Of a stretch of 48,442 nucleotides of DNA, positions 1 to 7,568 are shown one piece after another (the stretch's first letter is position 1; the number at the start of each line of letters is the position of its first letter). The notes below the pieces were generated by a model. It did no database searches, was not told where the DNA came from, and saw only the letters and a program-made list of their open reading frames with translations. The translations under genes and the position numbers were made by a program. Origin of the DNA: a virus. Taxonomy: Duplodnaviria > Heunggongvirae > Uroviricota > Caudoviricetes. The stretch lies in IMG/VR virus record IMGVR_UViG_3300039208_000529, positions 1-48,442 of that record, one strand, 5' to 3'.

Positions 1-2
1 GT

Positions 3-38
3 TTCCCAGTCACGATCCTTTTAGGATCGGGTTGGGAA
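3..38 (+). terminator. Imperfect hairpin, possible terminator upstream of the first promoter
   Basis: TTCCCA..CGATCCT-TTT-AGGATCG..TGGGAA inverted repeat. Confidence 0.4.
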
Positions 39-48
39 TTTACGCTAG

Positions 49-76
49 TTGACAATTGCGAATCTTGCGATACTAT
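49..76 (+). promoter_or_regulatory. sigma70-type promoter, 16-bp spacer
   Basis: TTGACA(49-54)-N16-TACTAT(71-76). Confidence 0.75.
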
Positions 77-106
77 TTTGAGCCTGGAATCATTGAATGG
101 CGGCCG

Positions 107-322
107 ATGTCTAAACTGCGGGAGCATGATAACGTGAAATGTAATCGATGGTTTTTCCCTAAACACAATTGGGGGCAATGGGAAACAATAACCAAATATC
201 ATAAGGATAGCATTTCTATTTTTCATAATACCGTTGTCGGACGTAAGGATATCCTAATTCAGCGTAGGGTTTGCAAAGACTGTAATAAAATTCAGTTACA
301 AAAGATAGAGGTAGTAATTTGA
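107..322 (+). CDS. Hypothetical protein with H/CxxC zinc-ribbon-like motif
   Basis: ORF downstream of the promoter; KHNW...CKDC; start uncertain. Confidence 0.6.
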   Translation: MSKLREHDNVKCNRWFFPKHNWGQWETITKYHKDSISIFHNTVVGRKDILIQRRVCKDCNKIQLQKIEVVI

Positions 323-516
323 CTCCTGAGGAATTACAGCGTAGACTAGATGTAATGTCGGAAGGCAGAAAGGAATGGATCCGGAGAATGTGCCTATATC
401 TTTTGGCTGCAAAGAAAAAAGATTGGCCGAAGGCCAGGAAATGGGCTATGCTAGCGGACAGGCTTGATTCCTATAAAGCCGCTCGACGTTTGGCGGCTCG
501 GGGGTTTGAGATTTGA
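319..516 (+). CDS. Hypothetical protein
   Basis: Start/stop overlaps with both neighbours. Confidence 0.6.
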   Translation: MTPEELQRRLDVMSEGRKEWIRRMCLYLLAAKKKDWPKARKWAMLADRLDSYKAARRLAARGFEI

Positions 517-1022
517 ATCACGCCGAAAAAACTATCGAATATCTATCCGATGGGTACGGTAGCATTTTCCCATGTCGGAATGCCATTCTTTGTCATTTGT
601 TTTTTACAATTGGTAATGGCTACGAATGGGAAAACGGTAAGCTAGAAAACGTTTTCCCTGAGGAAGATAGAGACCGGTGGTTTCCCGAAGGAAGCGATCC
701 GGAATTCCATTATCGAATTGAAGCATTCGAAAAAGAATGGTATAAAAGCAATCCCTATACCAATTGGTATCCTATTTCGGAATATTCTCACATTTGTAAT
801 GTGCCCGAGAATGTAGCTCCCGAATGGTTGGCCATTTGTATTGAAGCTTGCAAAGAATATCTAAAAACTCCCGATGATGCTAAGAAAATGGGAGTATCAT
901 TTGATTATTCCGGGGGCGGAGAAAAACCTAGGCTATATATGGCTCCCTGGCGTAGTCATTCTGAACTAACAATGGACAAAGCTAGAGTGTTCGAAATTCT
1001 GCAAAATCTCTTGACACGATAG
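513..1022 (+). CDS. Hypothetical protein
   Basis: 169-aa ORF coupled to the upstream ORF. Confidence 0.7.
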   Translation: MNHAEKTIEYLSDGYGSIFPCRNAILCHLFFTIGNGYEWENGKLENVFPEEDRDRWFPEGSDPEFHYRIEAFEKEWYKSNPYTNWYPISEYSHICNVPENVAPEWLAICIEACKEYLKTPDDAKKMGVSFDYSGGGEKPRLYMAPWRSHSELTMDKARVFEILQNLLTR

Positions 1023-1038
1023 AAAATAAGAGTATCCT
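1011..1038 (+). promoter_or_regulatory. sigma70-type promoter, 16-bp spacer
   Basis: TTGACA-N16-TATCCT; ATG 8 nt downstream. Confidence 0.75.
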
Positions 1039-1046
1039 TTAGCATT

Positions 1047-1562
1047 ATGAAAGTTACTAAGCAAAGAGTAATGCAACGGGCCCGCGAAATTCGGTCTACT
1101 CTTATCGAGCAACATCCGGATCTAGCGGACAAGCTTCGGGGAATTTCCTTCAAGGTTTCCCACCGAATGACTCGGGCGGCCGGAATTGCTAAGCATAGGG
1201 ATCAATTGGTTACGCTTTCCTACCCATTTTTTGCCGATTCGGACAATTTCCAAAATGATTTCCACAATACGGTAACGCATGAAATTGCCCATCTCTTGGC
1301 CCCCTCTCTTCCGAGCTATGGAAAGCGTAGGAATCCGCACGGCCCCGAATGGCGAGCTATGCATCGGCGTCTAGGAGGGAATGGGCAACGTACCCATACG
1401 CTAGAATTGGCCGACGGCTTCAGGTCTCGACGGGATAAAGGTATGGAATTGCCTTGTTCGAACTGTAATAAGCCTATGAGGCTTGGCCCGACTCAAGCGA
1501 AAAGACATGTAGCCCTTATCATGCGGGGAGAAAAAGGCTATCGGCATCGGAAATGCCCTTGA
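1047..1562 (+). CDS. SprT-like zinc metalloprotease
   Basis: RMTRAAG, HEIAH (HExxH), HGPEW and a C-terminal CxxC match the SprT family pattern. Confidence 0.85.
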   Translation: MKVTKQRVMQRAREIRSTLIEQHPDLADKLRGISFKVSHRMTRAAGIAKHRDQLVTLSYPFFADSDNFQNDFHNTVTHEIAHLLAPSLPSYGKRRNPHGPEWRAMHRRLGGNGQRTHTLELADGFRSRRDKGMELPCSNCNKPMRLGPTQAKRHVALIMRGEKGYRHRKCP

Positions 1563-1586
1563 CTAATCCGCAATACGGTGTAGTAT
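1559..1586 (+). promoter_or_regulatory. sigma70-type promoter, 16-bp spacer
   Basis: TTGACT-N16-TAGTAT. Confidence 0.7.
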
Positions 1587-1595
1587 ATAGGTGCT

Positions 1596-1739
1596 ATGAG
1601 AATCCGAAGCTACAAAACAGAAAGTCCGGAGCAAATGATTCTCCGACTTTGGGAAGCTGGGTTTTCGGTTGGATTTATTCGGCTTAGGCTAGAAATGGTA
1701 AAGCATGGAAGTAATCAATACGGCGGAAGCTATTCGTAA
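1596..1739 (+). CDS. Small hypothetical protein (47 aa, not in ORF track)
   Basis: MRIRSYKTESPEQMILRLWEAG... directly after the promoter. Confidence 0.5.
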   Translation: MRIRSYKTESPEQMILRLWEAGFSVGFIRLRLEMVKHGSNQYGGSYS

Positions 1740-2034
1740 AATCTATCAGACTGCAAGCGGTCGGGTAGGTGAAGGTTACGGCGAAGTTTTTTCCGTCACT
1801 TTCAAGAAACGTAATTCTTGGGAAACAAGGGAAATGCGTTGCCGGCTTGGCTCCACTACCCGTAAGGGTATTGCGGGGGGTCAGGCTCGCTACAATCCTC
1901 AGTCCCATGGGCTAATTTGGGTCTACCTTATGGCGGGAGACGAAAACCGTAGCGATAGCAGAAATCGACGGTCTATTCCTGTCGAAGGAATTCGAAAGCT
2001 CGTAATCGGCGGGCGGGAGTTTATTGTAGAATGA
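1705..2034 (+). CDS. Phage protein, probable SH3/Sm-like (WYL_2-like) fold
   Basis: VFSVTFKKR...REMRCRLG...RRSIPVEGI pattern typical of this small phage family. Confidence 0.55.
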   Translation: MEVINTAEAIRKIYQTASGRVGEGYGEVFSVTFKKRNSWETREMRCRLGSTTRKGIAGGQARYNPQSHGLIWVYLMAGDENRSDSRNRRSIPVEGIRKLVIGGREFIVE

Positions 2035-2234
2035 AATTGAAGGATGCGGAAATTGGTTCTCCTCCGTACGAAATTTTAGAGGATGGCCGAGCTATTGTTA
2101 GGGTAAAAGTTTCTAGGGATATCCAAAAACTTTATCCCCGCATGATTCCCGTTTTTGTTTTCGAGGAATCCGCATTCGGATTTCTTGCTCCCTCGACTGA
2201 GGTTAGGAGAATTTCGAAGATTGTAATTGACTAG
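2031..2234 (+). CDS. Hypothetical protein
   Basis: ATGA overlap with the upstream ORF. Confidence 0.6.
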   Translation: MKLKDAEIGSPPYEILEDGRAIVRVKVSRDIQKLYPRMIPVFVFEESAFGFLAPSTEVRRISKIVID

Positions 2235-2254
2235 CACGCAAAGCGTGCTAGGAT
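2227..2254 (+). promoter_or_regulatory. sigma70-type promoter whose spacer is a perfect palindrome
   Basis: TTGACT-N16-TAGGAT; CTAGCACGC-AAA-GCGTGCTAG at 2231-2251. Confidence 0.65.
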
Positions 2255-2260
2255 ATAAGT

Positions 2261-2695
2261 AACCGAGGACGGCGAGCGATAACAGCCGTTGACAGCCTGT
2301 AAATAGAGGCATTTGGTAGCGGGAGATTAGTTTATAGTTCGGTGGAGCCGCTACAAAGCCGAACATTTTAGCACACTATTGGGGTGGAGCCCCGTAGTTG
2401 ACAGGAAGGGAATCAACCTGTATAAAGAAAAGTATTCCTAGCTCGTACTCAATTCCTAGTCTGACGTACGGCGAATATAATGACTAGGGGCAGGATCGGT
2501 GCCGTAAAGACCTTCCGGGGGGGAAACCGATAATAAACCGGATTTTTACTAATGCGTGCGGGCCCTATTTTTTTGCTTGACCTTTAGGGGACCCGCTAGG
2601 AGTTAGGAAACCTCCGAAAAGAATCAAAATCCACCGGGAAAACATTTCCAGCCTGTCGAACCGTGGGCAACCCGGACGGGGAGGGCTGGAAATAC
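2261..2695 (+). ncRNA. Candidate large structured non-coding RNA (~430 nt)
   Basis: Own promoter; no credible + strand ORF; many complementary helices including a pseudoknot (2312-2364), a loop-loop pairing (2467-2472/2501-2506) and GNRA loops. Confidence 0.6.
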
Positions 2696-2707
2696 CTACA
2701 ATTTTGC

Positions 2708-2735
2708 TTGACTCATAACAATATAGGGATATACT
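2708..2735 (+). promoter_or_regulatory. sigma70-type promoter, 16-bp spacer, probably leaderless transcript
   Basis: TTGACT-N16-TATACT; ATG 6 nt after the -10. Confidence 0.8.
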
Positions 2736-2741
2736 GTAAAT

Positions 2742-2960
2742 ATGAAAGCAAAAGTAATCGACAATGCGATTCCGATTATCAAATCGGGCGATGGGTTTTA
2801 CGGTCCTTATATCGCTATTCAAATTGTCAAAGGTAGTGCATACGAGGATATTCCTAAGGCTTTGGAATTCGAAGGTAGAGCCTGGGGACTATCCGGGTGG
2901 AGTAGTGACATCGGAGTAGCCGCCTACTCAATTGGTAAATCCGTTGCGATTCCGAAATGA
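2742..2960 (+). CDS. Hypothetical protein
   Basis: ORF immediately after the promoter. Confidence 0.7.
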   Translation: MKAKVIDNAIPIIKSGDGFYGPYIAIQIVKGSAYEDIPKALEFEGRAWGLSGWSSDIGVAAYSIGKSVAIPK

Positions 2961-3205
2961 ATCTATCTATTCAACAAATCGAAAAAATTCTCCGACAATA
3001 TTTTCCGGGGGAGGATTGGGATAGTGCTAGTCCGGAGCTAATGCGTCTATGCCTTGCGGAAAGGGCATTTCACGCATCCGAAATGCTTCGGGATAACCTT
3101 CAGCAGCAAATTATTTACACCGGAATTTTTTGCTGTTCAAATTGTGCAGTATATTATTCCGATTATGACCCTTCGGATATGTGTGCTAAGTGTCGCAATT
3201 GCTAA
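2957..3205 (+). CDS. Hypothetical protein with C-terminal CxxC...CxxC zinc ribbon
   Basis: CSNC...CAKC; overlaps both neighbours. Confidence 0.65.
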   Translation: MNLSIQQIEKILRQYFPGEDWDSASPELMRLCLAERAFHASEMLRDNLQQQIIYTGIFCCSNCAVYYSDYDPSDMCAKCRNC

Positions 3206-3897
3206 TGAATAATTCTCTGGTAGAAAAGGCAATGGGCCTAAAGGTTTCTGAGCTAGAGAAATTCGTAGGAGGATTGTCGAAACCTAGCAAAATGCCGGGT
3301 TACGCATATTTTACTCCGGCCGTGTCTTGCATGGTAGGCACGCTATTGAGCCGCGTAAAGGGTTCGGTTTGTGGGTCTTGCTATGCTAAAAAAGGCCGAT
3401 ACGTATTCCCTAACGTAATCCGGGCAATGGAGCGTAGACTAAAGGCTATCAAAAAGCCCGGATGGGCGGAATATATGGTAGCCTTGCTAAGAAAAAAATA
3501 TAGCAAATTGCCATTTGACAGAAGGGTTTTTAGGTGGCATGATTCGGGCGATATTCAAAGTTTCGAACATCTAAAAAGTATCATCGAAATTGCAAAAATG
3601 TTGCCGGAAATTCGTTTCTGGCTTCCGACCCGAGAATGGGCAATTATTAGGGATTATTTGGATTGCGGCGGAAATTTTATTCCGAATAACCTTGCAATCC
3701 GGCTTTCTACTGCTATGATTGGGCAACCGTATGAAGCGGTGCGTAACTATCAAGGTGCCCGGATTCAATGGTCTACCGTGGGATATGATGGCAAGGGGGC
3801 TTTTCAATGTCCTGCCTATTCCCAGGGTGGCAAGTGTGAAACCTGCCGGGCGTGCTGGGATACCTCAATTCATAGCGTAAACTATGCAAAACATTAG
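3205..3897 (+). CDS. Gp88-like phage protein (radical-SAM-related, Cys-rich)
   Basis: LSKPSKMPG, CxxG...CxxCYA, FRWHDSGD, FWLPTRE, CPA...CxxCRACW; start at the TAATG overlap. Confidence 0.8.
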   Translation: MNNSLVEKAMGLKVSELEKFVGGLSKPSKMPGYAYFTPAVSCMVGTLLSRVKGSVCGSCYAKKGRYVFPNVIRAMERRLKAIKKPGWAEYMVALLRKKYSKLPFDRRVFRWHDSGDIQSFEHLKSIIEIAKMLPEIRFWLPTREWAIIRDYLDCGGNFIPNNLAIRLSTAMIGQPYEAVRNYQGARIQWSTVGYDGKGAFQCPAYSQGGKCETCRACWDTSIHSVNYAKH

Positions 3898-3985
3898 AGA
3901 TATTCTTATCGCTATTCCGATCGCACTTTGTTTTCTGGTAGTTGTGTGCTCTATAGCATATCTTTGGTGCCTTATTTTATCATAG
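3884..3985 (+). CDS. Small membrane peptide (33 aa)
   Basis: MQNIRDILIAIPIALCFLVVVCSIAYLWCLILS, one hydrophobic helix. Confidence 0.4.
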   Translation: MQNIRDILIAIPIALCFLVVVCSIAYLWCLILS

Positions 3986-3991
3986 TTTCCC

Positions 3992-4019
3992 TTGACCTTT
4001 TCTATTTCCAGAGTATTCT
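3992..4019 (+). promoter_or_regulatory. sigma70-type promoter, 16-bp spacer containing ATTTCCAG
   Basis: TTGACC-N16-TATTCT. Confidence 0.7.
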
Positions 4020-4054
4020 ATAATTAGTAGAGCAAAGTAAGGCATTGCCGTTGC

Positions 4055-4103
4055 GGGCGGCCTAGAGTAAACTGCCCTAGTGAATCTAGGCTCGCCCTTT
4101 TTT
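4055..4103 (+). terminator. Intrinsic terminator or attenuator ending a ~80-nt transcript
   Basis: GGGCG-GCCTAGA...TCTAGGC-T-CGCCC followed by T6. Confidence 0.6.
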
Positions 4104-4114
4104 AGGTGTAACTT

Positions 4115-4279
4115 ATGTATCTAATCGAATATGCTTTGGACGATCAATCCAGCCCCGTGGTAAACGTGGTAACAGACTCCAAAAATCTCTATGGGATTTT
4201 GACTACCTATCCCGGCATGCTATATGTTTATTTGAAAGACATTGGTGGAAATGAACTAATGTCCTGGAAAAAGGAATAA
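4115..4279 (+). CDS. Small hypothetical protein (54 aa)
   Basis: AGGTG upstream of ATG; fills the gap. Confidence 0.5.
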   Translation: MYLIEYALDDQSSPVVNVVTDSKNLYGILTTYPGMLYVYLKDIGGNELMSWKKE

Positions 4280-4283
4280 GAAA

Positions 4284-4499
4284 ATGTATATCGTAGTCCA
4301 TATGGATAATGGTAATGTTCTCAAGGGAGGCGAAATTTCCGAGGAAAAACTAGGCAAGCAAGAATATTCTAGAAGGGTTGAGAATATCAACGAAATTCTA
4401 AGGAATCTAAAGAATCTAGAATATCTTACAATGCCTATTGGTGATACGGAAATTTTTCTCAACCCTGACAAAATCTCCTACGTCGAGCTTGTGAAGTGA
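4284..4499 (+). CDS. Hypothetical protein
   Basis: Tightly packed early ORF. Confidence 0.65.
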   Translation: MYIVVHMDNGNVLKGGEISEEKLGKQEYSRRVENINEILRNLKNLEYLTMPIGDTEIFLNPDKISYVELVK

Positions 4500-4693
4500 A
4501 AATTTTTCTTACCTCGATTGACGAATCTGAGCCGGATTGCCTTCGGGTTTCTTTTATCGGAGCAAAAGAATCAGATTCTAATTGCCAATGGCATATTTTA
4601 GTGTCATCCTGTCTAGGTACAGAGGAAAATAAAAAGCAAGCGGAAGAGCAGGCCCGTCAAAAATGGGGTAACCTAGAAATTGAGTGGGTATGA
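4496..4693 (+). CDS. Hypothetical protein
   Basis: GTGA overlap. Confidence 0.6.
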   Translation: MKIFLTSIDESEPDCLRVSFIGAKESDSNCQWHILVSSCLGTEENKKQAEEQARQKWGNLEIEWV

Positions 4694-4905
4694 AATTCTC
4701 AATTCAACATTTTGAACACGGACAATTGATCGAATGGAATGTGTCCAGGGCATGGTTTCCTGAATTGGGAGATATTATTGCCGTGCCTTTTCAAGGCAGA
4801 ATGAAAGCGGCTCGTATTATTGGAAGTGATAAAAATTGGGAAACTCCCATTATTTTCGTTCAATTTCTTAGCGAAGAAACTTGCAATAGCCTGGAAATGG
4901 AGTAG
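4690..4905 (+). CDS. Hypothetical protein
   Basis: ATGA overlap. Confidence 0.6.
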   Translation: MKFSIQHFEHGQLIEWNVSRAWFPELGDIIAVPFQGRMKAARIIGSDKNWETPIIFVQFLSEETCNSLEME

Positions 4906-4914
4906 AATACAGTT

Positions 4915-5106
4915 ATGATCGAAGTTTGGATTCCTAAACGGCGTTACCTTCATAACCTTTTCCCGTCCGATGGGAATGTCTGGGAACATTTGGACGAAAT
5001 CCAAAAAAAGCATCCTAGAGCCTATCTCGTCGAAGTGAAAGGCGGAAAGCGAGAGCGAATTAGTGCTAAGCTGTCAGCCGATCAAATTTCGGACGATGAA
5101 GTTTAG
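4915..5106 (+). CDS. Hypothetical protein
   Basis: Tightly packed early ORF. Confidence 0.55.
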   Translation: MIEVWIPKRRYLHNLFPSDGNVWEHLDEIQKKHPRAYLVEVKGGKRERISAKLSADQISDDEV

Positions 5107-5350
5107 TAAAAAAATAAGGAGTATCGCAAAATCTAAGGTACTAAAATTCCAAAATGTCCGATATTGTGCGTATCTAACGCCAATTGAAACCCTATATCTA
5201 ATTTCTATAGGGTGCATCCCGGAGCGGGATGATATGGAGGAAATGCAATTGGTGGCAAAACGCAACGGAGATTGTTGGGCATCCTGGATTTATTTTGACA
5301 AGGTGACATTTCCAGTAGATAAAACTTGGGAATCAAAATATGGAATTTAG
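5096..5350 (+). CDS. Hypothetical protein
   Basis: Tightly packed early ORF; ATG at 5096. Confidence 0.55.
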   Translation: MKFSKKIRSIAKSKVLKFQNVRYCAYLTPIETLYLISIGCIPERDDMEEMQLVAKRNGDCWASWIYFDKVTFPVDKTWESKYGI

Positions 5351-5591
5351 ATTTTATTCGCTAGAGGAAATTGCCGAATTCGTAAGAGAATGTCCGGCTG
5401 TCCAACCCAATGTTCCAATCGCAACCGAGCCGGTTGTGGGATCTATTTCGGCGGCTGATTTTGCCTCTGCCCTGGCTGAGATTGTTCGATTGCATAACTG
5501 TAAAATTATGGCAATCAAGCTTTATCGCCAGCATACTGGGGCTAGCTTGAAAGTCGCGAAAGACGCTATCGAAGGGGCCAGCCGCCAGTAA
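5340..5591 (+). CDS. Ribosomal protein bL12 (L7/L12) C-terminal-domain-like protein
   Basis: KIMAIKLYRQHTGASLKVAKDAIE matches the bL12 CTD motif KIxVIKxVRxxTGLGLKEAKxxVE. Confidence 0.75.
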   Translation: MEFRFYSLEEIAEFVRECPAVQPNVPIATEPVVGSISAADFASALAEIVRLHNCKIMAIKLYRQHTGASLKVAKDAIEGASRQ

Positions 5592-5601
5592 GGAAGATAA
5601 A

Positions 5602-5814
5602 GTGTTATATCTAATTATTTGGGCGATTGGTTTTATCCTCGTATTTCCAGTTTCGGCATGGATTATCCTGTCGGAGGAATACTACAGGAATAAAAACTAT
5701 GGTAGTATGCGTGATATCGTAACCATGATTGCCGCCGGTTTCATTGTGGGACTTTTCTGGCCGTGGACGATTACGTTTATGATCCTGGAAAAGATTAGGC
5801 CAAAATACTTGTGA
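5602..5814 (+). CDS. Small membrane protein (two TM helices)
   Basis: Two hydrophobic segments; FWP motif. Confidence 0.65.
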   Translation: MLYLIIWAIGFILVFPVSAWIILSEEYYRNKNYGSMRDIVTMIAAGFIVGLFWPWTITFMILEKIRPKYL

Positions 5815-6116
5815 AAAAAATTGCATATGTAATTCGTGATTCTGGGATCGATGGGCGGTCCGCATATAAAACCGTAAAGGCTTTTTGGAATGAGTCCGAA
5901 CGGGATAAGGCTTATGAGTCTGACCCGAATAAAAACTATTACCGAAAGGCCGAAGTTATTGTCGATCTCAAGTCTCATTCTGAGACCATCCTAAGGAAGC
6001 TCGACGGTCTAGATAAGTTGGTTTTGGGACTCTCTGATAGTGCTGTATTTTGTTGTGAGTGCGAGTCGGAGCTAGAGTGTCCGACTTGTTCTAGGCTGCA
6101 AAATACTGTAAAATAG
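5811..6116 (+). CDS. Hypothetical protein with C-terminal zinc ribbon
   Basis: CCEC...CPTC. Confidence 0.65.
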   Translation: MKKIAYVIRDSGIDGRSAYKTVKAFWNESERDKAYESDPNKNYYRKAEVIVDLKSHSETILRKLDGLDKLVLGLSDSAVFCCECESELECPTCSRLQNTVK

Positions 6117-6157
6117 ATATAGGACAGTAAGTAGCAGACTGTAAACTATTTCCAGCT

Positions 6158-6319
6158 ATGTATACCATCCTTATACAGAACAATAAAGGACAGTGGGTAA
6201 GTGATGGGCGGTTTCATGCGGTCGAGGCGGATGCCGTAAGGTGGGCAGGGAAACAGGGTTATGGGCGTTTCTTTGTGGCGGCACTAAAATTTAGTGGTGA
6301 TATTCGGATTTTGTCTTGA
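6158..6319 (+). CDS. Small hypothetical protein (53 aa)
   Basis: MYTILIQNNKGQW... fills the gap. Confidence 0.5.
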   Translation: MYTILIQNNKGQWVSDGRFHAVEADAVRWAGKQGYGRFFVAALKFSGDIRILS

Positions 6320-6362
6320 TTCGGCACCAATAACACACTACTCTAATAACAGATAAAAACTA

Positions 6363-6554
6363 ATGACCACCCAAGAGCTAATCGACGCTTTGAAGCGAGC
6401 CGATCCTACCGGCAAGCTATACGTTATGATTTATGTCGATAGTTCCTCAGACGTTGCCTTCCATCCTAGCGAGCCCTATATGGGGGAGGATGAAAGCGAC
6501 AATTCTCGTAAATGGGTAGTTATTCCTACTGGGGGATTTTGGGAATTAGGCTGA
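6363..6554 (+). CDS. Hypothetical protein
   Basis: MTTQELIDAL start common in small phage proteins. Confidence 0.65.
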   Translation: MTTQELIDALKRADPTGKLYVMIYVDSSSDVAFHPSEPYMGEDESDNSRKWVVIPTGGFWELG

Positions 6555-6556
6555 AA

Positions 6557-6715
6557 ATGAAGGGGAAAACAAGTCTCGGCTTGGATAAAGCCGATATTAT
6601 TAGGCTTTTGAAGAATTTTGGCGTACATATCCCTATAAACTATGATTCGGCGAGAGTTTTCGTGAGGTTCCAGGGATCTACGCATGAAATAGAGGAATCT
6701 AGCGGTATGCTTTGA
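6557..6715 (+). CDS. Hypothetical protein
   Basis: ATG at 6557 just after the previous stop. Confidence 0.5.
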   Translation: MKGKTSLGLDKADIIRLLKNFGVHIPINYDSARVFVRFQGSTHEIEESSGML

Positions 6716-6739
6716 CAAACCCATTTCCAGGGTTATAAT
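6712..6739 (+). promoter_or_regulatory. Consensus sigma70 promoter, 16-bp spacer containing ATTTCCAG
   Basis: TTGACA-N16-TATAAT. Confidence 0.85.
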
Positions 6740-6896
6740 CCTAATGCATCGAGAGGATAAAAACAATGGGAAGCGAACAGTGCAACGAAGTGATTCGGGG
6801 CAGTATCGGTAAGTTTTTTGCCTACTTAGGGCTTTATGTCCTACTGCCCATTTGGTTGGTAATTCTTTACTGTCTGATTTTTTGAGGAAATATAGA

Positions 6897-7094
6897 ATGT
6901 TTATCACATATACTTCCGATGATGAGGTAATTATCACAACGGAAGGTCGGGACGAAGAAAAAATGTTGCGAGAATATTTCCAAAAAGGCGGACGGGATTT
7001 GGAACGTTACGAACGGGAAGAGTATTTCAATTGTGCCGTTTCTGTGCGGTTTAGTTGTGAATTACTACCGGGGGTATATCCCGAGACAGAATAG
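6897..7094 (+). CDS. Hypothetical protein
   Basis: ORF, ATG at 6897. Confidence 0.55.
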   Translation: MFITYTSDDEVIITTEGRDEEKMLREYFQKGGRDLERYEREEYFNCAVSVRFSCELLPGVYPETE

Positions 7095-7179
7095 CTAAAT
7101 AGATAAAAGCTAGAAATAAAATAATAAGTAGCTACAAAAAGAGCGGCCCGAATGCAAATATTCGAGTCGCTCAATTTTT

Positions 7180-7400
7180 GAAAAGTGTCCAAATTTTGCT
7201 ATTACTATAAAAATGGGTCTCCCCCTGCCCCCTAACATGCCCCTAACGTTACGAAACCGTAACATGGAAGATTTTTCCGTACCGATTCCGTAACGGAAAT
7301 CCTGTCCGTTCAAAAATCTCGACGGAAGTATTTTCCGCCCCGAAAAATTTTCACTATGGCATAACCCAAAGCCTACCACACCGAACGCCAAAAGAAAAAA
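7180..7400. repeat. Non-coding cluster of short direct and inverted repeats
   Basis: TGCCCC(C)TAAC x2, GTTACG-AAAC-CGTAAC, TTCCGT-A-ACGGAA, CGGAAG-TAT-TTTCCG. Confidence 0.55.
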
Positions 7401-7410
7401 TATTTTCGAT

Positions 7411-7438
7411 TTGACTATTTCCAGCCCGTGTGTATAAT
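7411..7438 (+). promoter_or_regulatory. sigma70-type promoter (extended -10), 16-bp spacer containing ATTTCCAG
   Basis: TTGACT-N16-TATAAT with TGTG before the -10. Confidence 0.85.
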
Positions 7439-7465
7439 TGGGCAGCCTAGAGAAAGGGGCAGGAA

Positions 7466-7558
7466 ATGAGACACTGCAAATGCAAACACTGCGGAGCCGA
7501 CATCTACGATTTCCAAATCCGTTGTATCTGTGGGCAGCCGGTCGAAGGGGCTATCTAG
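7466..7558 (+). CDS. 30-aa zinc-ribbon peptide
   Basis: MRHCKCKHCGADIYDFQIRCICGQPVEGAI; purine-rich RBS upstream. Confidence 0.5.
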   Translation: MRHCKCKHCGADIYDFQIRCICGQPVEGAI

Positions 7559-7568
7559 AAAATTCGGC

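Noticed and set aside
1-16. GTTTCCCAGTCACGA resembles the M13 forward primer (vector contamination)
   Set aside because: The match is imperfect, no other vector sequence follows, and these bases form one arm of a local hairpin
1615-1690. GAAAGTCCGG...CGGCTTA resembles RNase P RNA conserved regions
   Set aside because: The span is far too short and lies inside a plausible 47-aa ORF right after a promoter
2261-2695. tmRNA or CsrA-sponge identity for the structured RNA
   Set aside because: No tRNA-like acceptor, T-arm or CCA end and no tag frame found; GGA motifs are only modestly frequent and mostly not in ANGGA loops
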